A DNA stretch of 42,658 nt from Cellvibrionales bacterium UBA1963 (GTDB lineage: Bacteria > Pseudomonadota > Gammaproteobacteria > Pseudomonadales > UBA7434), in the NCBI GenBank assembly GCA_002336035.1, contig DDED01000214.1, positions 1 to 42,658 of the forward strand. The letters run 5' to 3'. This document shows positions 10,756 to 20,959 of this stretch, one piece after another (the stretch's first letter is position 1; each line of letters starts with the position of its first letter). Below the pieces are notes generated by a model, which saw only the letters and a list, made by a program, of their open reading frames with translations, did not search any database and was not told the origin of the DNA. A program made the translations under genes and the position numbers.

Positions 10756-11187
10756 TTATTGCACACCCGCTGAGATTGGTGGATGATAAATCATCTGCAC
10801 CACCGTGCCGACTGGGTCTTTGCAATAAAAACTTCTCGCCCCGTCACGGTGCGTGCGCGGTTCACTGAGCATGCGGATCTCATTCGCCATCAAAAACGCA
10901 TGCCATTGGTCAACCTGCTCTGGAACATCGAGAATAAAACCGATGTGGTCTAATTGCTGGTAAGCAGCATCGAGTTTGACGTTATCAGGCTTATTATGTA
11001 ATGCCACATTATCGTTTCCTGAACAAAGAAAAATATTGTCTTCATCGGGTTGCCACTCGACCGCCATGCCCAATAAATCGATATAAAAGAAGCAGGCCGC
11101 TTTAAAATCAGAAACAAACAAAGCAACGTGCCGCATGCCGGCGGTCGGTGGCGGTTGCTGCCCTTTGACTGCACGTAACTGGGACAT
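10756..11187 (-). CDS. VOC/glyoxalase family protein
   Basis: HVALFVSD...FYIDLLG, LDHIGF, GARSFYCKDPVG; TAATG overlap with the OsmC gene. Confidence 0.88.
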   Translation of the reverse strand: MSQLRAVKGQQPPPTAGMRHVALFVSDFKAACFFYIDLLGMAVEWQPDEDNIFLCSGNDNVALHNKPDNVKLDAAYQQLDHIGFILDVPEQVDQWHAFLMANEIRMLSEPRTHRDGARSFYCKDPVGTVVQMIYHPPISAGVQ

Positions 11188-11606
11188 TAAGCAGCCTCTA
11201 CTTGGTAGCTATGAGTGACCTCAACGCCAGCGCTTTCCATCATGATTGATGCCGAGCAATATTTTTCTGCCGATAGGCTCACTGCTCGCTTCACTTGGGC
11301 TTCTTTTAAATCATGGCCGGTTACCACAAAAGTTAAATGAATACGGGTGAACACTGCCGGCACGGCCTTAGCCCGCTCAGCCTCGACTTCTGCCACACAG
11401 CTCGTCACTTGCTGGCGGCCCTTTTTTAGCATCGACATGACATCGAAAGACGCGCAACCACCTAAACCCATCAAGAGCATTTCCATGGGGCGGGGACCAC
11501 GATTCTCGCCTCCCTGATCGGCAGGGCCGTCCATCTGAACCTTGTGACCGGTTTCAGACTCTGCCTTAAAACTGACTTCTCCGGTCCAATGAACACTGGC
11601 TTTCAT
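11187..11606 (-). CDS. OsmC/YhfA family protein
   Basis: GPRPMEMLLMGLGGC and LSAEKYCSAS two-Cys motifs; divergent from crp as yhfA is. Confidence 0.92.
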   Translation of the reverse strand: MKASVHWTGEVSFKAESETGHKVQMDGPADQGGENRGPRPMEMLLMGLGGCASFDVMSMLKKGRQQVTSCVAEVEAERAKAVPAVFTRIHLTFVVTGHDLKEAQVKRAVSLSAEKYCSASIMMESAGVEVTHSYQVEAA

Positions 11607-11998
11607 ACACTTCCTCGTTATGTAAAGAGCTATTATTTATCGACCATTGGCTAAGAATGGCCAACCACATTGTATGCCTTAGTTTGACGATCAGCGAGCC
11701 TTCAATAACAGGCTTCATCATGGATTATTACGCAGTATCGTGGGTTTTGTACCAAAATGTGGCGCATCAACTCGTCAGTGACGTGGCGATGACGCGACAA
11801 GCAAGCCGATTGAAAGTTTAAAAATTAGTCTATCAGTTCACATATTAAACAGATTTTACTGGCGTATTGCGCTTTATGGGTAATAATTGATCTAACAACA
11901 CAATAAACTTTGTTCTCATCAACGCAGGTGATTAAACTATTATGCAAGCCACAACACATAACTACTCAAACATATCCGCTGTAACAGGAAGATCCTTT

Positions 11999-12634
11999 GT
12001 GAATGCTATCCCATTAACCCCACACATCGAACATGCCGAGGTACTGATCGCTAACAGCCATCGACGGCGTTACGCCAATAAGAGTAACATCATTTTTGCC
12101 GGTGATACGTCTCAAACGCTGTACTACCTAATCAAAGGATCGGTCACAGTTGCCATTGAAGACGACGATGGTAAAGAAATGATTGTGGCCTACCTTAATG
12201 ATGGCGATTTTTTTGGTGAGATGGGCTTGTTTGATCAAGAAGATCCACGCAGTGCATGGATTCGGGCTAAAAGTGACTGTGAAGTGGCAGAAATCAGTTA
12301 CAGTAAATTCCATGAATTAGTGCAGCAATACCCAGAGCTATTGCTCTCTGTCAGCAAGCAAATGGCAGCGCGCCTCAGAAAAACCACACGCAAAGTCGGT
12401 GATCTGGCCTTTTTAGATGTCACAGGCCGTGTCGCGCGAACCTTATTAGATCTGACAAAAGAACCCGATGCCATGACTCACCCCGATGGCATGCAAATCA
12501 AAATCACTCGTCAAGAAATTGGCCGGATTGTCGGTTGCTCACGCGAGATGGTGGGCAGAGTCTTAAAAGATTTGGAGGAAAAAGGGTTGGTCGGTGTAAA
12601 AGGTAAAACCATGGTGGTTTTCGGCACCCGCTAA
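11999..12634 (+). CDS. crp: cAMP receptor protein CRP/Vfr
   Basis: [16 protein letters not shown] cNMP-binding motifs, [25 protein letters not shown]; GTG start at 11999 after AGGA (open frame from 11942). Confidence 0.96.
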   Translation: MNAIPLTPHIEHAEVLIANSHRRRYANKSNIIFAGDTSQTLYYLIKGSVTVAIEDDDGKEMIVAYLNDGDFFGEMGLFDQEDPRSAWIRAKSDCEVAEISYSKFHELVQQYPELLLSVSKQMAARLRKTTRKVGDLAFLDVTGRVARTLLDLTKEPDAMTHPDGMQIKITRQEIGRIVGCSREMVGRVLKDLEEKGLVGVKGKTMVVFGTR

Positions 12635-12689
12635 CCGATGACTATTCTCTAGCGCTTGATCATACTCCAGTACATTCCTGCGCAAGCTT

Positions 12690-12721
12690 GGGGCTTCTCA
12701 TTGTTGAGCAAGCCCTTTTTT
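12690..12721 (+). terminator. Putative intrinsic terminator between crp and convergent trpC
   Basis: GGGCTT-CTCA-ttgt-TGAG-c-AAGCCC followed by a T6 run. Confidence 0.6.
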
Positions 12722-12723
12722 GC

Positions 12724-13545
12724 TTATTGGCCCGAAAAAAATAATTCACTTAACTGCCGGCCCGGGTCTTCTGCCCGCATCAACGATTCACCGACCAAAA
12801 ACGCGTTGACCTTATGTTCTCTCATTGCCGCAACATCGGCAGGGTTATGAATACCGCTCTCGGTGACCACGATTCGGTCGGCAGGAATATCGGCCAACAA
12901 TTGATAGGTATTATTTAAGTCAGTGTCGAAATGATGCAAGTCGCGATTGTTGATGCCGACCAGAGTATTGCCCAAGGGCAAAGAGCGCATTAATTCTTCG
13001 CGGCTATGCACTTCCACTAGCACATCCATGCCGAGCTTTTTAGCGCAGGCATTGAGTTGCTCAAGCTGGCGATCATTTAAAGCTGCAACAATTAATAAGA
13101 TACAATCGGCACCTAAAGTACGCGCTTCATAAATTTGATACGGATCAATAATGAAATCCTTACGAATCACCGGTAACGTGCAAGCCGCACGAGCCTGCTG
13201 CAAATAACTGTCTGAACCCTGAAAAAAATCGACGTCTGTCAGTACTGACAAACACGCCGCGCCGCCAAGCTGGTAACTTTTAGCGATGGCAACCGGATCA
13301 AAATCTTCGCGAATCACGCCTTTACTAGGGGACGCTTTCTTAACTTCAGCAATCACAGCAGTGCCTTGCCGCTCAAGTGCAGATTGCATGGCGCTCACAA
13401 AACCACGGCAGCTGTCTGCATCAGCCATCATCCCCTCTAGCGCATTAAGGCTACGCCGTGTACTCCGCAAACTAATTTCTTCTCGCTTACGATTCAGTAT
13501 TTTTCTTAAAATCGTGGGCGTAGTTGATCGTGTTTCTGTGCTCAT
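12724..13545 (-). CDS. trpC: Indole-3-glycerol phosphate synthase
   Basis: [44 protein letters not shown]. Confidence 0.97.
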   Translation of the reverse strand: MSTETRSTTPTILRKILNRKREEISLRSTRRSLNALEGMMADADSCRGFVSAMQSALERQGTAVIAEVKKASPSKGVIREDFDPVAIAKSYQLGGAACLSVLTDVDFFQGSDSYLQQARAACTLPVIRKDFIIDPYQIYEARTLGADCILLIVAALNDRQLEQLNACAKKLGMDVLVEVHSREELMRSLPLGNTLVGINNRDLHHFDTDLNNTYQLLADIPADRIVVTESGIHNPADVAAMREHKVNAFLVGESLMRAEDPGRQLSELFFSGQ

Positions 13546-13582
13546 AAATTTTATCTTATATTGATCAAAGGAATCGCAAAAG

Positions 13583-14632
13583 CTACTCGGCAGACTTTAA
13601 CATGGCGGTGAAGTCTGCAAGCTCCGTTATTTTTTCAAATGCCGTGCCGGCAGCTATGATGTCTTGCGCCATCGTCACACCCTGTTGCCAGTCATCTGCA
13701 CGACCTGCAACATAAATGGCTGCACCGGCGTTCAATGAAATAATGTCGGCAGCGGCTTGCTGGGTGGGTGTAATCGCGCTTTTTTTCTTTCCAAGAACTG
13801 ATTTAATTAAATCAAAGCTGGCCTTAGCATCAGTCACCGCTAAGCATTCAATAGCCGCTGGTTCAATACCCACCTGAATCGGTGAAATTCGGTACTCGGT
13901 GATGTCTCCGTTGACCAACTCGGCTACCAGAGTCTCAGCCGCCAAGCTAATCTCATCAAGACCATCGACTGAGTGAACCACCATAACATGGTCACTACCC
14001 AACTGCTTTAGCACATCAGCAATGGGTCTTACTAAGTCAGCCGAATACACTCCCAGTAATTGATTCTTAACACCGGCTGGGTTTGTAATTGGGCCAAGCA
14101 CATTGAATAACGTGCGGGTCGCTAATTCTTTACGCGGACCGATCGCATGCTTCATTGCACCGTGGTGGTTTTGGGCAAACATAAAGCCAACCCCAACCTG
14201 GTCAATGCAATGAGCTACTTGCGCAGCAGTGATATCTAAACGCACTCCCGCAGCCTCTAACACATCCGCTGCACCGCTAGAACTACTTACCGAACGGTTA
14301 CCGTGCTTGGCAACCTGACAGCCAGCAACAGCTGCAACAAAACTGCTGGCAGTAGAGACATTAAATAGTTTAGCGCCATCACCGCCAGTGCCGACGATAT
14401 CAACAAGATGCTCACCATTAACATGAACAGCGGTTGCTAACTCTCGCATCACTGTCGCAGCCGCCGCAATCTCATTAACGGTTTCGCCTTTTATCCGTAA
14501 AGCCACGAGCAAACCGGCAATTTGCGCTGGAGTAGCCTCGCCCGTCATAATGGTGCGCATGACATGTTCCATAGTTTCACCACTAAGGTCTTGCTGCTGG
14601 ATCACAGCTTCAATGGCCTGTTGTATATTCAT
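13583..14632 (-). CDS. trpD: Anthranilate phosphoribosyltransferase
   Basis: [39 protein letters not shown]. Confidence 0.97.
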   Translation of the reverse strand: MNIQQAIEAVIQQQDLSGETMEHVMRTIMTGEATPAQIAGLLVALRIKGETVNEIAAAATVMRELATAVHVNGEHLVDIVGTGGDGAKLFNVSTASSFVAAVAGCQVAKHGNRSVSSSSGAADVLEAAGVRLDITAAQVAHCIDQVGVGFMFAQNHHGAMKHAIGPRKELATRTLFNVLGPITNPAGVKNQLLGVYSADLVRPIADVLKQLGSDHVMVVHSVDGLDEISLAAETLVAELVNGDITEYRISPIQVGIEPAAIECLAVTDAKASFDLIKSVLGKKKSAITPTQQAAADIISLNAGAAIYVAGRADDWQQGVTMAQDIIAAGTAFEKITELADFTAMLKSAE

Positions 14633-14641
14633 CGTAGTATC

Positions 14642-15226
14642 TTACTCGTCGGCTTGAAGGAAATTCTGTAACAGTTCGTGACCGTACTGGCTTAAGATTG
14701 ACTCAGGGTGAAACTGAACGCCCTCTACAGCAAGCGTTTTATGCCGCAGACCCATAATTTCATCAACCGTGCCATCGTCATGTTGCGTCCATGCTGTGAT
14801 TTCAAAACAATCAGGCAAGCTGTCTTTATCAACGACTAAAGAATGGTAACGCGTTGCAGTAAAAGATTGCCCTAACCCGTTAAAGACACCGTTGCCATGA
14901 TGATGCATTGTTGACGTCTTGCCGTGCATTACCGCTCGCGCACGGACAATTTGACCGCCAAACGCTTGACCAATACTTTGATGACCCAGGCAAATACCCA
15001 ACAACGGAATAACTCCAGAAAACTGCTCAACCACCGCCAGCGAAATGCCGGCCTCATTAGGCGTACAAGGACCGGGAGAAATGACAATTTTAGTCGGTTT
15101 TAAGTCAGCGATTTCAGCACAGCTTATTTCGTCGTTGCGCACCACTTTAACGTCGGCACCTAACTCTCCCAAATATTGCACCACGTTGTAAGTAAAAGAA
15201 TCGTAGTTATCAATCATGAGTAGCAT
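14642..15226 (-). CDS. trpG: Anthranilate synthase component II (glutamine amidotransferase)
   Basis: [33 protein letters not shown]; TAATG overlap with trpE. Confidence 0.95.
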   Translation of the reverse strand: MLLMIDNYDSFTYNVVQYLGELGADVKVVRNDEISCAEIADLKPTKIVISPGPCTPNEAGISLAVVEQFSGVIPLLGICLGHQSIGQAFGGQIVRARAVMHGKTSTMHHHGNGVFNGLGQSFTATRYHSLVVDKDSLPDCFEITAWTQHDDGTVDEIMGLRHKTLAVEGVQFHPESILSQYGHELLQNFLQADE

Positions 15227-16764
15227 TACGATGACTCCTCTTTCTGGCTGGCTAAAGCCGCAGCACGAAACATGGCACGCGCTTTATTCATGGTTTCTTT
15301 CCACTCGAGCTTAGGGATTGAATCGGCGACAACACCGCCCCCAGCTTGAACATTTAATACCCCGTCTTTAATCACCGCTGTGCGAATAGCAATCGCAGTA
15401 TCCATATTACCCTGCCAGCTGATATAGCCCACGGCGCCGCCATAAATGCCACGCTTAACGGGCTCGACCTCATCAATAATTTCCATCGCGCGTACCTTAG
15501 GAGCACCACTTAAGGTTCCTGCTGGCAACACCGCTTTAAGAACATCAATAGCGGTTAAATCTTGGCGAACTTTTGCCGTTACATTAGACACAATATGCAT
15601 GACATGTGAATAACGCTCAACAATCATTTTATCGGTTAAATTAACACTGCCAATTTCAGCAACACGGCCCGCGTCATTTCGACCAAGATCAATCAGCATT
15701 AAATGCTCGGCGATCTCTTTGGGGTCAGCTAATAGCTCTGCTTCTAATGCCCGGTCTTCTGTTTCATCATAGCCGCGACGTCGAGTGCCCGCGATAGGCC
15801 GCACAGTGACTAACTGATCTTCGACACGGGCTAGTATCTCTGGTGAAGAGCCTACAATTTGAAACCCGTCGAGATCTAAAAAGTACATGTAAGGTGAAGG
15901 ATTCAAGCCGCGCAAAGCCCGATAGAGATTTAACGGCGGCGCAGTAAAGGGCGCGCGCATTCGCTGCGAAGGAACCACCTGCATCACATCACCGGCCAAG
16001 GTATAAGCCTTAATTTTTTCGACCACTTGCTCATAATCTGCCTGAGTGAAGCCCGATTTAAAATCGCTCTCTGTTAATGTTGGCGTTTGATTGGTCTCAA
16101 CACCGGCAAGTCCAATAGTCGGCAAGGGTTTAGCCGGCATGGGTAACTTCGCCGCTAACGCATCAATTCTCTCACTCGCTCTTTGTAATGCTAATGCCGC
16201 TTGCTGTTCAATTGTATCGGCTATTTCCACACTGGGATCAGCATGACTAATAATATGAATCTTTCCGGCTAAATTATCAAACACCAGCACTTGCTCAGAC
16301 ACCATCAATAATATGTCAGGTGTACCCAGCTCATCGCTAGGCGTGGAAGCTTTCAATTTAGGCTCGACATAGCGGACGGTGTCATAGGCAAAATAACCAA
16401 CTAAACCACCAAAAAAAGTGGGTAAACCGTCTAACACAGGGGCACGGTAACGTCGTTGAAACTGCTCAACAAAAATCAGCGGGTCTGCCATCGAGGTCTG
16501 CTCTATAACCTTACCGTTGTGCTCAACAGTAATGACTTCTTCAAAGACTTTTAAAATAGTTTGGCATGGCAAACCAATGATTGAGTAACGCCCCCATTTC
16601 TCGCCGCCTTGCACTGATTCAAATAAATACGAGTATGGACCTGCCGCTAACTTATGGTAGGCGCTGAGAGGGGTATCCATATCGGCCAGTACTTCTCGAC
16701 TAACCGGTATACGGTTATAACCTGCTCGGGCCAGATCAGTAAATTTTTCAAGGGTAAGATTCAT
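15226..16764 (-). CDS. trpE: Anthranilate synthase component I
   Basis: [53 protein letters not shown]. Confidence 0.97.
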   Translation of the reverse strand: MNLTLEKFTDLARAGYNRIPVSREVLADMDTPLSAYHKLAAGPYSYLFESVQGGEKWGRYSIIGLPCQTILKVFEEVITVEHNGKVIEQTSMADPLIFVEQFQRRYRAPVLDGLPTFFGGLVGYFAYDTVRYVEPKLKASTPSDELGTPDILLMVSEQVLVFDNLAGKIHIISHADPSVEIADTIEQQAALALQRASERIDALAAKLPMPAKPLPTIGLAGVETNQTPTLTESDFKSGFTQADYEQVVEKIKAYTLAGDVMQVVPSQRMRAPFTAPPLNLYRALRGLNPSPYMYFLDLDGFQIVGSSPEILARVEDQLVTVRPIAGTRRRGYDETEDRALEAELLADPKEIAEHLMLIDLGRNDAGRVAEIGSVNLTDKMIVERYSHVMHIVSNVTAKVRQDLTAIDVLKAVLPAGTLSGAPKVRAMEIIDEVEPVKRGIYGGAVGYISWQGNMDTAIAIRTAVIKDGVLNVQAGGGVVADSIPKLEWKETMNKARAMFRAAALASQKEESS

Positions 16765-16800
16765 GGTGGATCCAGACTGTCAATGTATTGGTTTCAGTGC

Positions 16801-16827
16801 AAAAAATAGTAATCGCCTTCAAGCGAT
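16801..16827 (-). terminator. Candidate attenuator terminator hairpin upstream of trpE
   Basis: Minus strand ATCGCT-tgaa-GGCGAT then TACTATTTTTT. The stem is short and the U tract is offset from it. Confidence 0.45.
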
Positions 16828-16845
16828 ATCAACATGACTCATCGA

Positions 16846-16899
16846 TTATTGCCAGCGCCATCGTCGCCCACTACTTTTCTTTTCTACTCTATTCACCAC
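16846..16899 (-). CDS. Putative trp operon leader peptide MVNRVEKKSSGRRWRWQ (17 aa)
   Basis: GTG GTG AAT AGA GTA GAA AAG AAA AGT AGT GGG CGA CGA TGG CGC TGG CAA TAA, GGA upstream, two Trp codons just before the stop, located between a promoter-like motif and trpE. Confidence 0.75.
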   Translation of the reverse strand: MVNRVEKKSSGRRWRWQ

Positions 16900-16936
16900 G
16901 CTATTTGTCCAGATAATTTATAATAATTATCCGTCT

Positions 16937-16964
16937 ATTGTAGCGCAGTCAGCCCGACTCGCAA
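16937..16964 (-). promoter_or_regulatory. Putative sigma70 promoter for leader-trpEGDC
   Basis: Minus strand TTGCGA-16 nt-TACAAT, about 40 nt upstream of the leader start. Confidence 0.55.
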
Positions 16965-17466
16965 GACGTTTATTACGGCCTTCTTACGTATTCTTTTAAA
17001 GCCGTCAGTCTCGTGCCAAATACCCATCGCCAAGGCAATGCTCCGCCCATAGTACAGGCCTTGCCGCTAATAGCGGTGCCCATGATCGCTTTTCGCAGCA
17101 TGACACCAAACCCACGCACCTTGTTCATCAGCTCAACCGTCTTGCCCCTCAATTTAAGTGCTTTGACGGTGCCGATATCTTTGGCATCAAAACGGCCAAA
17201 ATGCGTCCTCATCGGCTAGCGCTTAATCGGCAAGTGTGCCTCTAGCACTGTGCCAAATGCGATGGCGCTCAAACAATCGTGCGTCATACCCCACCACACA
17301 CTGCAAGCACCCATCCGCCCCTAAGCAGTCCTGATGGGGCCGCCAATACCGAAACTTTAAGCGTGTGAAATACGGGCGACGTCGCTAGAATTAAGTATGT
17401 TCATGCGTCAGTTTGCTATTAACTCAGCCCCGCGGCCTTCATATTATTAGGGCATGACTTATGACT

Positions 17467-18138
17467 TTATTGCAGTGAGGCCAGTTCAGCCCGCATTTGC
17501 TCGATAACCACGCGGTAGTCGGGCTGCTTAAAGATCGCTGACCCCGCAACAAATGTGTCGGCGCCCGCTGCCGCAACTTCGGCAATGTTTTTAGCCGAAA
17601 TTCCACCATCAACTTCTAAACGAATATCATGACCCACAGAATCAATTAATTCGCGCGCCTCTGCCAGTTTTGACAAGGTCGAAGGAATAAATGATTGACC
17701 ACCAAATCCAGGATTAACTGACATCAGTAGCAGCATGTCGATCTTATCCATCACGTAACTGGCTGCATCCAAAGTGGTTGCAGGATTAAACACCAGCCCC
17801 GCTTTGCAACCCGCGTTCTTAATCAGTTGCAGTGAACGATCAACATGATCGCTGGCTTCAGGATGAAACGTGATGTAGCTTGCTCCGGCCTCGGCAAAGT
17901 CACCAATAATGCGATCAACGGGACTTACCATTAAATGCACATCAATAGGCGCTGTGATGCCGTAGTCGCGCAGTGCCTTACAAACCATCGGGCCAATAGT
18001 TAAGTTCGGCACGTAATGATTATCCATCACGTCAAAGTGCACAATATCGGCACCCGCTGCCAATACTCTGTCCACCTCTTCCCCTAGCCGTGCAAAATCA
18101 GCGGCCAAAATAGACGGGGCGATTTTAAAGTCCATCAT
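17467..18138 (-). CDS. rpe: Ribulose-phosphate 3-epimerase
   Basis: [44 protein letters not shown]; start chosen by AGGT spacing. Confidence 0.97.
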   Translation of the reverse strand: MMDFKIAPSILAADFARLGEEVDRVLAAGADIVHFDVMDNHYVPNLTIGPMVCKALRDYGITAPIDVHLMVSPVDRIIGDFAEAGASYITFHPEASDHVDRSLQLIKNAGCKAGLVFNPATTLDAASYVMDKIDMLLLMSVNPGFGGQSFIPSTLSKLAEARELIDSVGHDIRLEVDGGISAKNIAEVAAAGADTFVAGSAIFKQPDYRVVIEQMRAELASLQ

Positions 18139-18230
18139 GGGCATTACCTGTTAAATAAGCGATCTGGGTAAGTGGTGCTTTTTGCGCTAAGATGATCCCA
18201 GTGATTCATCTTTGGAGATTTTACTGAACT

Positions 18231-19106
18231 ATGGCTCGATCGAATAGCACACTTATTTACTGGATTCGCACCTATTTAAAACGGTTTGCCGCTCAAATAG
18301 ACGCGCTGATAGCGATTTTTATCGCCTCAATCGTTGCGCTTTCGCTGGCTCTAAGCAGTATTTACAGTTGGGGAAACGAAAAAAATGCCTCGCGCATTGC
18401 GATCGATGATGATCGAAGAACTAACGATTTAACGATGCAGGCCTTGTCGGTTGCGGCAGATCCCAATGAAATTGTGTGGCTAGAAAGTGCGGGGCATCGA
18501 TTTTTAAACCTTTATCGACCCGCAATCAATGCAACTCAGATGGCTATTATCTTGCTCCCAGGCCAGCTCTCTCATATGGCTGACGGCGGACTGCTTAAAA
18601 CGCTGTACAACGAATTGCCCCATAGTGGCTGGAGTTGTTTATTGGCCGCATTGCCCGTGCAAAACCGCACGCAAAACGATCAATTGAAAAACGACGAGCG
18701 TCACCAAGAAGGGTTACAAAGAGCCGATCAGGCCATAGATTATGCCATGGCAGATGGCGCCGGATCGACAACGCTCATTGCTGACCGCTTATCGGTTCAA
18801 ATAGCCATTGAGACAGCCATTGCTCGGTCTGATATTACCAGCGGTTTAGTGCTGTGGCAGCTTCATTCGTCGCAATTACCTCGAGAAAAACTGCAGCAAC
18901 TCGCACAGAGTCAAATCACCTTGTTAGACATTTTGCCGTCAGGCTTGTCCCGTCACGATAAAATTAATCGCCAACGTCAGTTTCAGCTGGCTGGGTTCGG
19001 CAAAAATTACCGACAATTTAGCCCGCCCTCTGGCGAAGCGGCAATTCGGTACAGCAGTCGTCGAATTCGAGAGTGGGCTGCCTCTGAATTTAAAAAAAAT
19101 ATATAA
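18231..19106 (+). CDS. DUF3530-like alpha/beta-hydrolase-fold exported or membrane-anchored protein
   Basis: N-terminal hydrophobic segment, EIVWL...FLNLY, AIILLPG, LPHSGWSCL, LLDI, RIREW; position next to murU matches DUF3530 genes in pseudomonads. Confidence 0.6.
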   Translation: MARSNSTLIYWIRTYLKRFAAQIDALIAIFIASIVALSLALSSIYSWGNEKNASRIAIDDDRRTNDLTMQALSVAADPNEIVWLESAGHRFLNLYRPAINATQMAIILLPGQLSHMADGGLLKTLYNELPHSGWSCLLAALPVQNRTQNDQLKNDERHQEGLQRADQAIDYAMADGAGSTTLIADRLSVQIAIETAIARSDITSGLVLWQLHSSQLPREKLQQLAQSQITLLDILPSGLSRHDKINRQRQFQLAGFGKNYRQFSPPSGEAAIRYSSRRIREWAASEFKKNI

Positions 19107-19138
19107 TAAAAACAATAATTTATGATTAAATACCGGGG

Positions 19139-19834
19139 CTATTCAGCCAGTTTAGCCTGCAGTGCATGCCATCTATCGAGGGTTCCAATATCCGCCCATT
19201 CACCGCTAAAATACTCGCCAGTCACTCGCCCCGCACGCATGGCCTCGCACAATAATGGTGCGAGTGCCAAACGACCCGCGAACGGAAGCACTGAAGCGAA
19301 CAAAGCTGGCGACACAAGGGCGATGCCACTGTAAGTTAAAAGACCCGAACACGGCGCCTCAACCGCGCTTTCAGAGACAGCGCCTTGAGCGAGTAAAGCA
19401 AAATCACCGCTGGGGTGGTGCGCTGGATTGTCGACCAGCACCAAGTGTGCCCAAGACGGTTCAAGCGACTTACCCAGCAGACGACAAAAATCAAAATCAG
19501 TCCATACATCACCATTAACCACTACAAAAGGCGCATGACCAAGCAGTGGCAGCGCCTGAATAATGCCTCCGGCCGTCTCTAGCCCACCGCTATTTTCAGC
19601 CGAATAATGTATGTTAATCCCCCATTGATGGCCATCGCCCAGTTGCGCCTCGATAAGATGCCCTAAATGGGCGTGATTGATGATGATGTCCTCAACGCCG
19701 ACCGCCGCTAATCGTTCGATATGGTGTTCAATTAATGGCTTTCCTTGCACCTCAACCAAAGGTTTAGGCAAATGGTCGGTCAGCGGTCGCATCCGCTCAC
19801 CTCGACCAGCGGCTAAAATCATGGCCTTTTTCAT
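19139..19834 (-). CDS. murU: N-acetylmuramate alpha-1-phosphate uridylyltransferase
   Basis: KAMILAAGRGERMRPLTDHLPKPL, LETAGGI, NGDVWTD, WADIGT; ATGA overlap with amgK. Confidence 0.93.
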   Translation of the reverse strand: MKKAMILAAGRGERMRPLTDHLPKPLVEVQGKPLIEHHIERLAAVGVEDIIINHAHLGHLIEAQLGDGHQWGINIHYSAENSGGLETAGGIIQALPLLGHAPFVVVNGDVWTDFDFCRLLGKSLEPSWAHLVLVDNPAHHPSGDFALLAQGAVSESAVEAPCSGLLTYSGIALVSPALFASVLPFAGRLALAPLLCEAMRAGRVTGEYFSGEWADIGTLDRWHALQAKLAE

Positions 19835-20859
19835 CGCGCTTGTAGCCACGGTACCAGCCAATCACTCGCTGGGCCGAACTCGGGATACCGCGGCAAAAGC
19901 TCGAGCACGTAATCAATAAAACGCGGGGCCATCGCCAAGTAACCTTGTTTATTATCGCGATAATGAAGCCGAGCAAAGATGCCGATAATTTTTAAGTTGC
20001 GTTGCAACGCCATGAACTCGCACTGTCGTAGCCATTGGCCCGCGCCTATAGTAGGTGCCACAACAAGCCTTGCCTGTTCAATCCACGCTTCAAGCTCGGA
20101 TCTTGGCCAGGTAATGTAGCGATCCCACAGCCAGGAAACCAGGTCATAACTCAAGGGGCCCAAAACCGCGTCTTGAAAGTCGATGATACCCACGCTGCCA
20201 TCAGGTAATTGATGGAGATTGCAGCTATGAAAGTCGCGGTGAACAAACACCTGGGGTTGCGCCATTGCACTAGTAATTAACTGGTCGCAGAGATATTGCC
20301 AATCGGCCTGCTGTGATGGACTGAAACTGACACCTAAATGGCGCTGGCCAAACCATTGAGGCAGTAAATCAAGCTCGGCCTGCAGGCATGAGGCGCTGTA
20401 AATCGGCAAGCCATCCGTCGCTGTCTTATCGGCCATCACCGCCAATAAGGGACTAATCTGATCAAATAACCACTGGCCACGATCAACGGCTAGTAATGAC
20501 TGGAGTAATGTCTCACCCAAGTCTTCGAGCAACAAAAAACCCGCATTAGGCTGCTCAGCAAATATTTGTGGCGAATGCAGACCACTGGCCTGGAGCATTG
20601 CCGCAATAGTTATAAATGAATCAAGCGCTGCTTGTGGCGGGGGTGCGTCCATGACTATGAAGGACTGATCAAGATAACTCGCGCGAAAGTAACGCCGTGC
20701 GCTGGCATCCCCGGTGACCACTTGCCAATCGATAAATACCGCCGCAGCTTCGTTATCAGGGGCATAACTGGGTAAATTTTCAACAACAGAATTAGCCCAA
20801 TGCCGTAATTGAACAAAACGGGGGTCAAATTCTGGTAAATTGCGTTCAATATCGGTCAT
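19831..20859 (-). CDS. amgK: Anomeric MurNAc/GlcNAc kinase (APH family)
   Basis: GDASARRYFR, MDAPP, LEDLG, HRDFHSCNL, IDFQDA, GIFARLHYRDNKQGYL; lies between lptD and murU. Confidence 0.9.
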   Translation of the reverse strand: MTDIERNLPEFDPRFVQLRHWANSVVENLPSYAPDNEAAAVFIDWQVVTGDASARRYFRASYLDQSFIVMDAPPPQAALDSFITIAAMLQASGLHSPQIFAEQPNAGFLLLEDLGETLLQSLLAVDRGQWLFDQISPLLAVMADKTATDGLPIYSASCLQAELDLLPQWFGQRHLGVSFSPSQQADWQYLCDQLITSAMAQPQVFVHRDFHSCNLHQLPDGSVGIIDFQDAVLGPLSYDLVSWLWDRYITWPRSELEAWIEQARLVVAPTIGAGQWLRQCEFMALQRNLKIIGIFARLHYRDNKQGYLAMAPRFIDYVLELLPRYPEFGPASDWLVPWLQAR

Positions 20860-20959
20860 AAGAACATGCTTGGTTTTAGAATACCGAGGCAGAATGCTTT
20901 ATTATTCAACTGCATCATGGGTCGCTATTAAAAGACCAATATTCAGGGGTTACGATTGA

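Noticed and set aside
16973-17212. 79-aa ORF containing WRW as the trp leader, or as an adenylate cyclase or UbiH remnant
   Set aside because: It lies upstream of the predicted trp promoter and is too long for a leader. Resemblances to cyclase or hydroxylase C-termini cover only a few residues.
19831-20859. Aminoglycoside resistance kinase
   Set aside because: Motifs and murU/lptD synteny identify the peptidoglycan recycling kinase AmgK.
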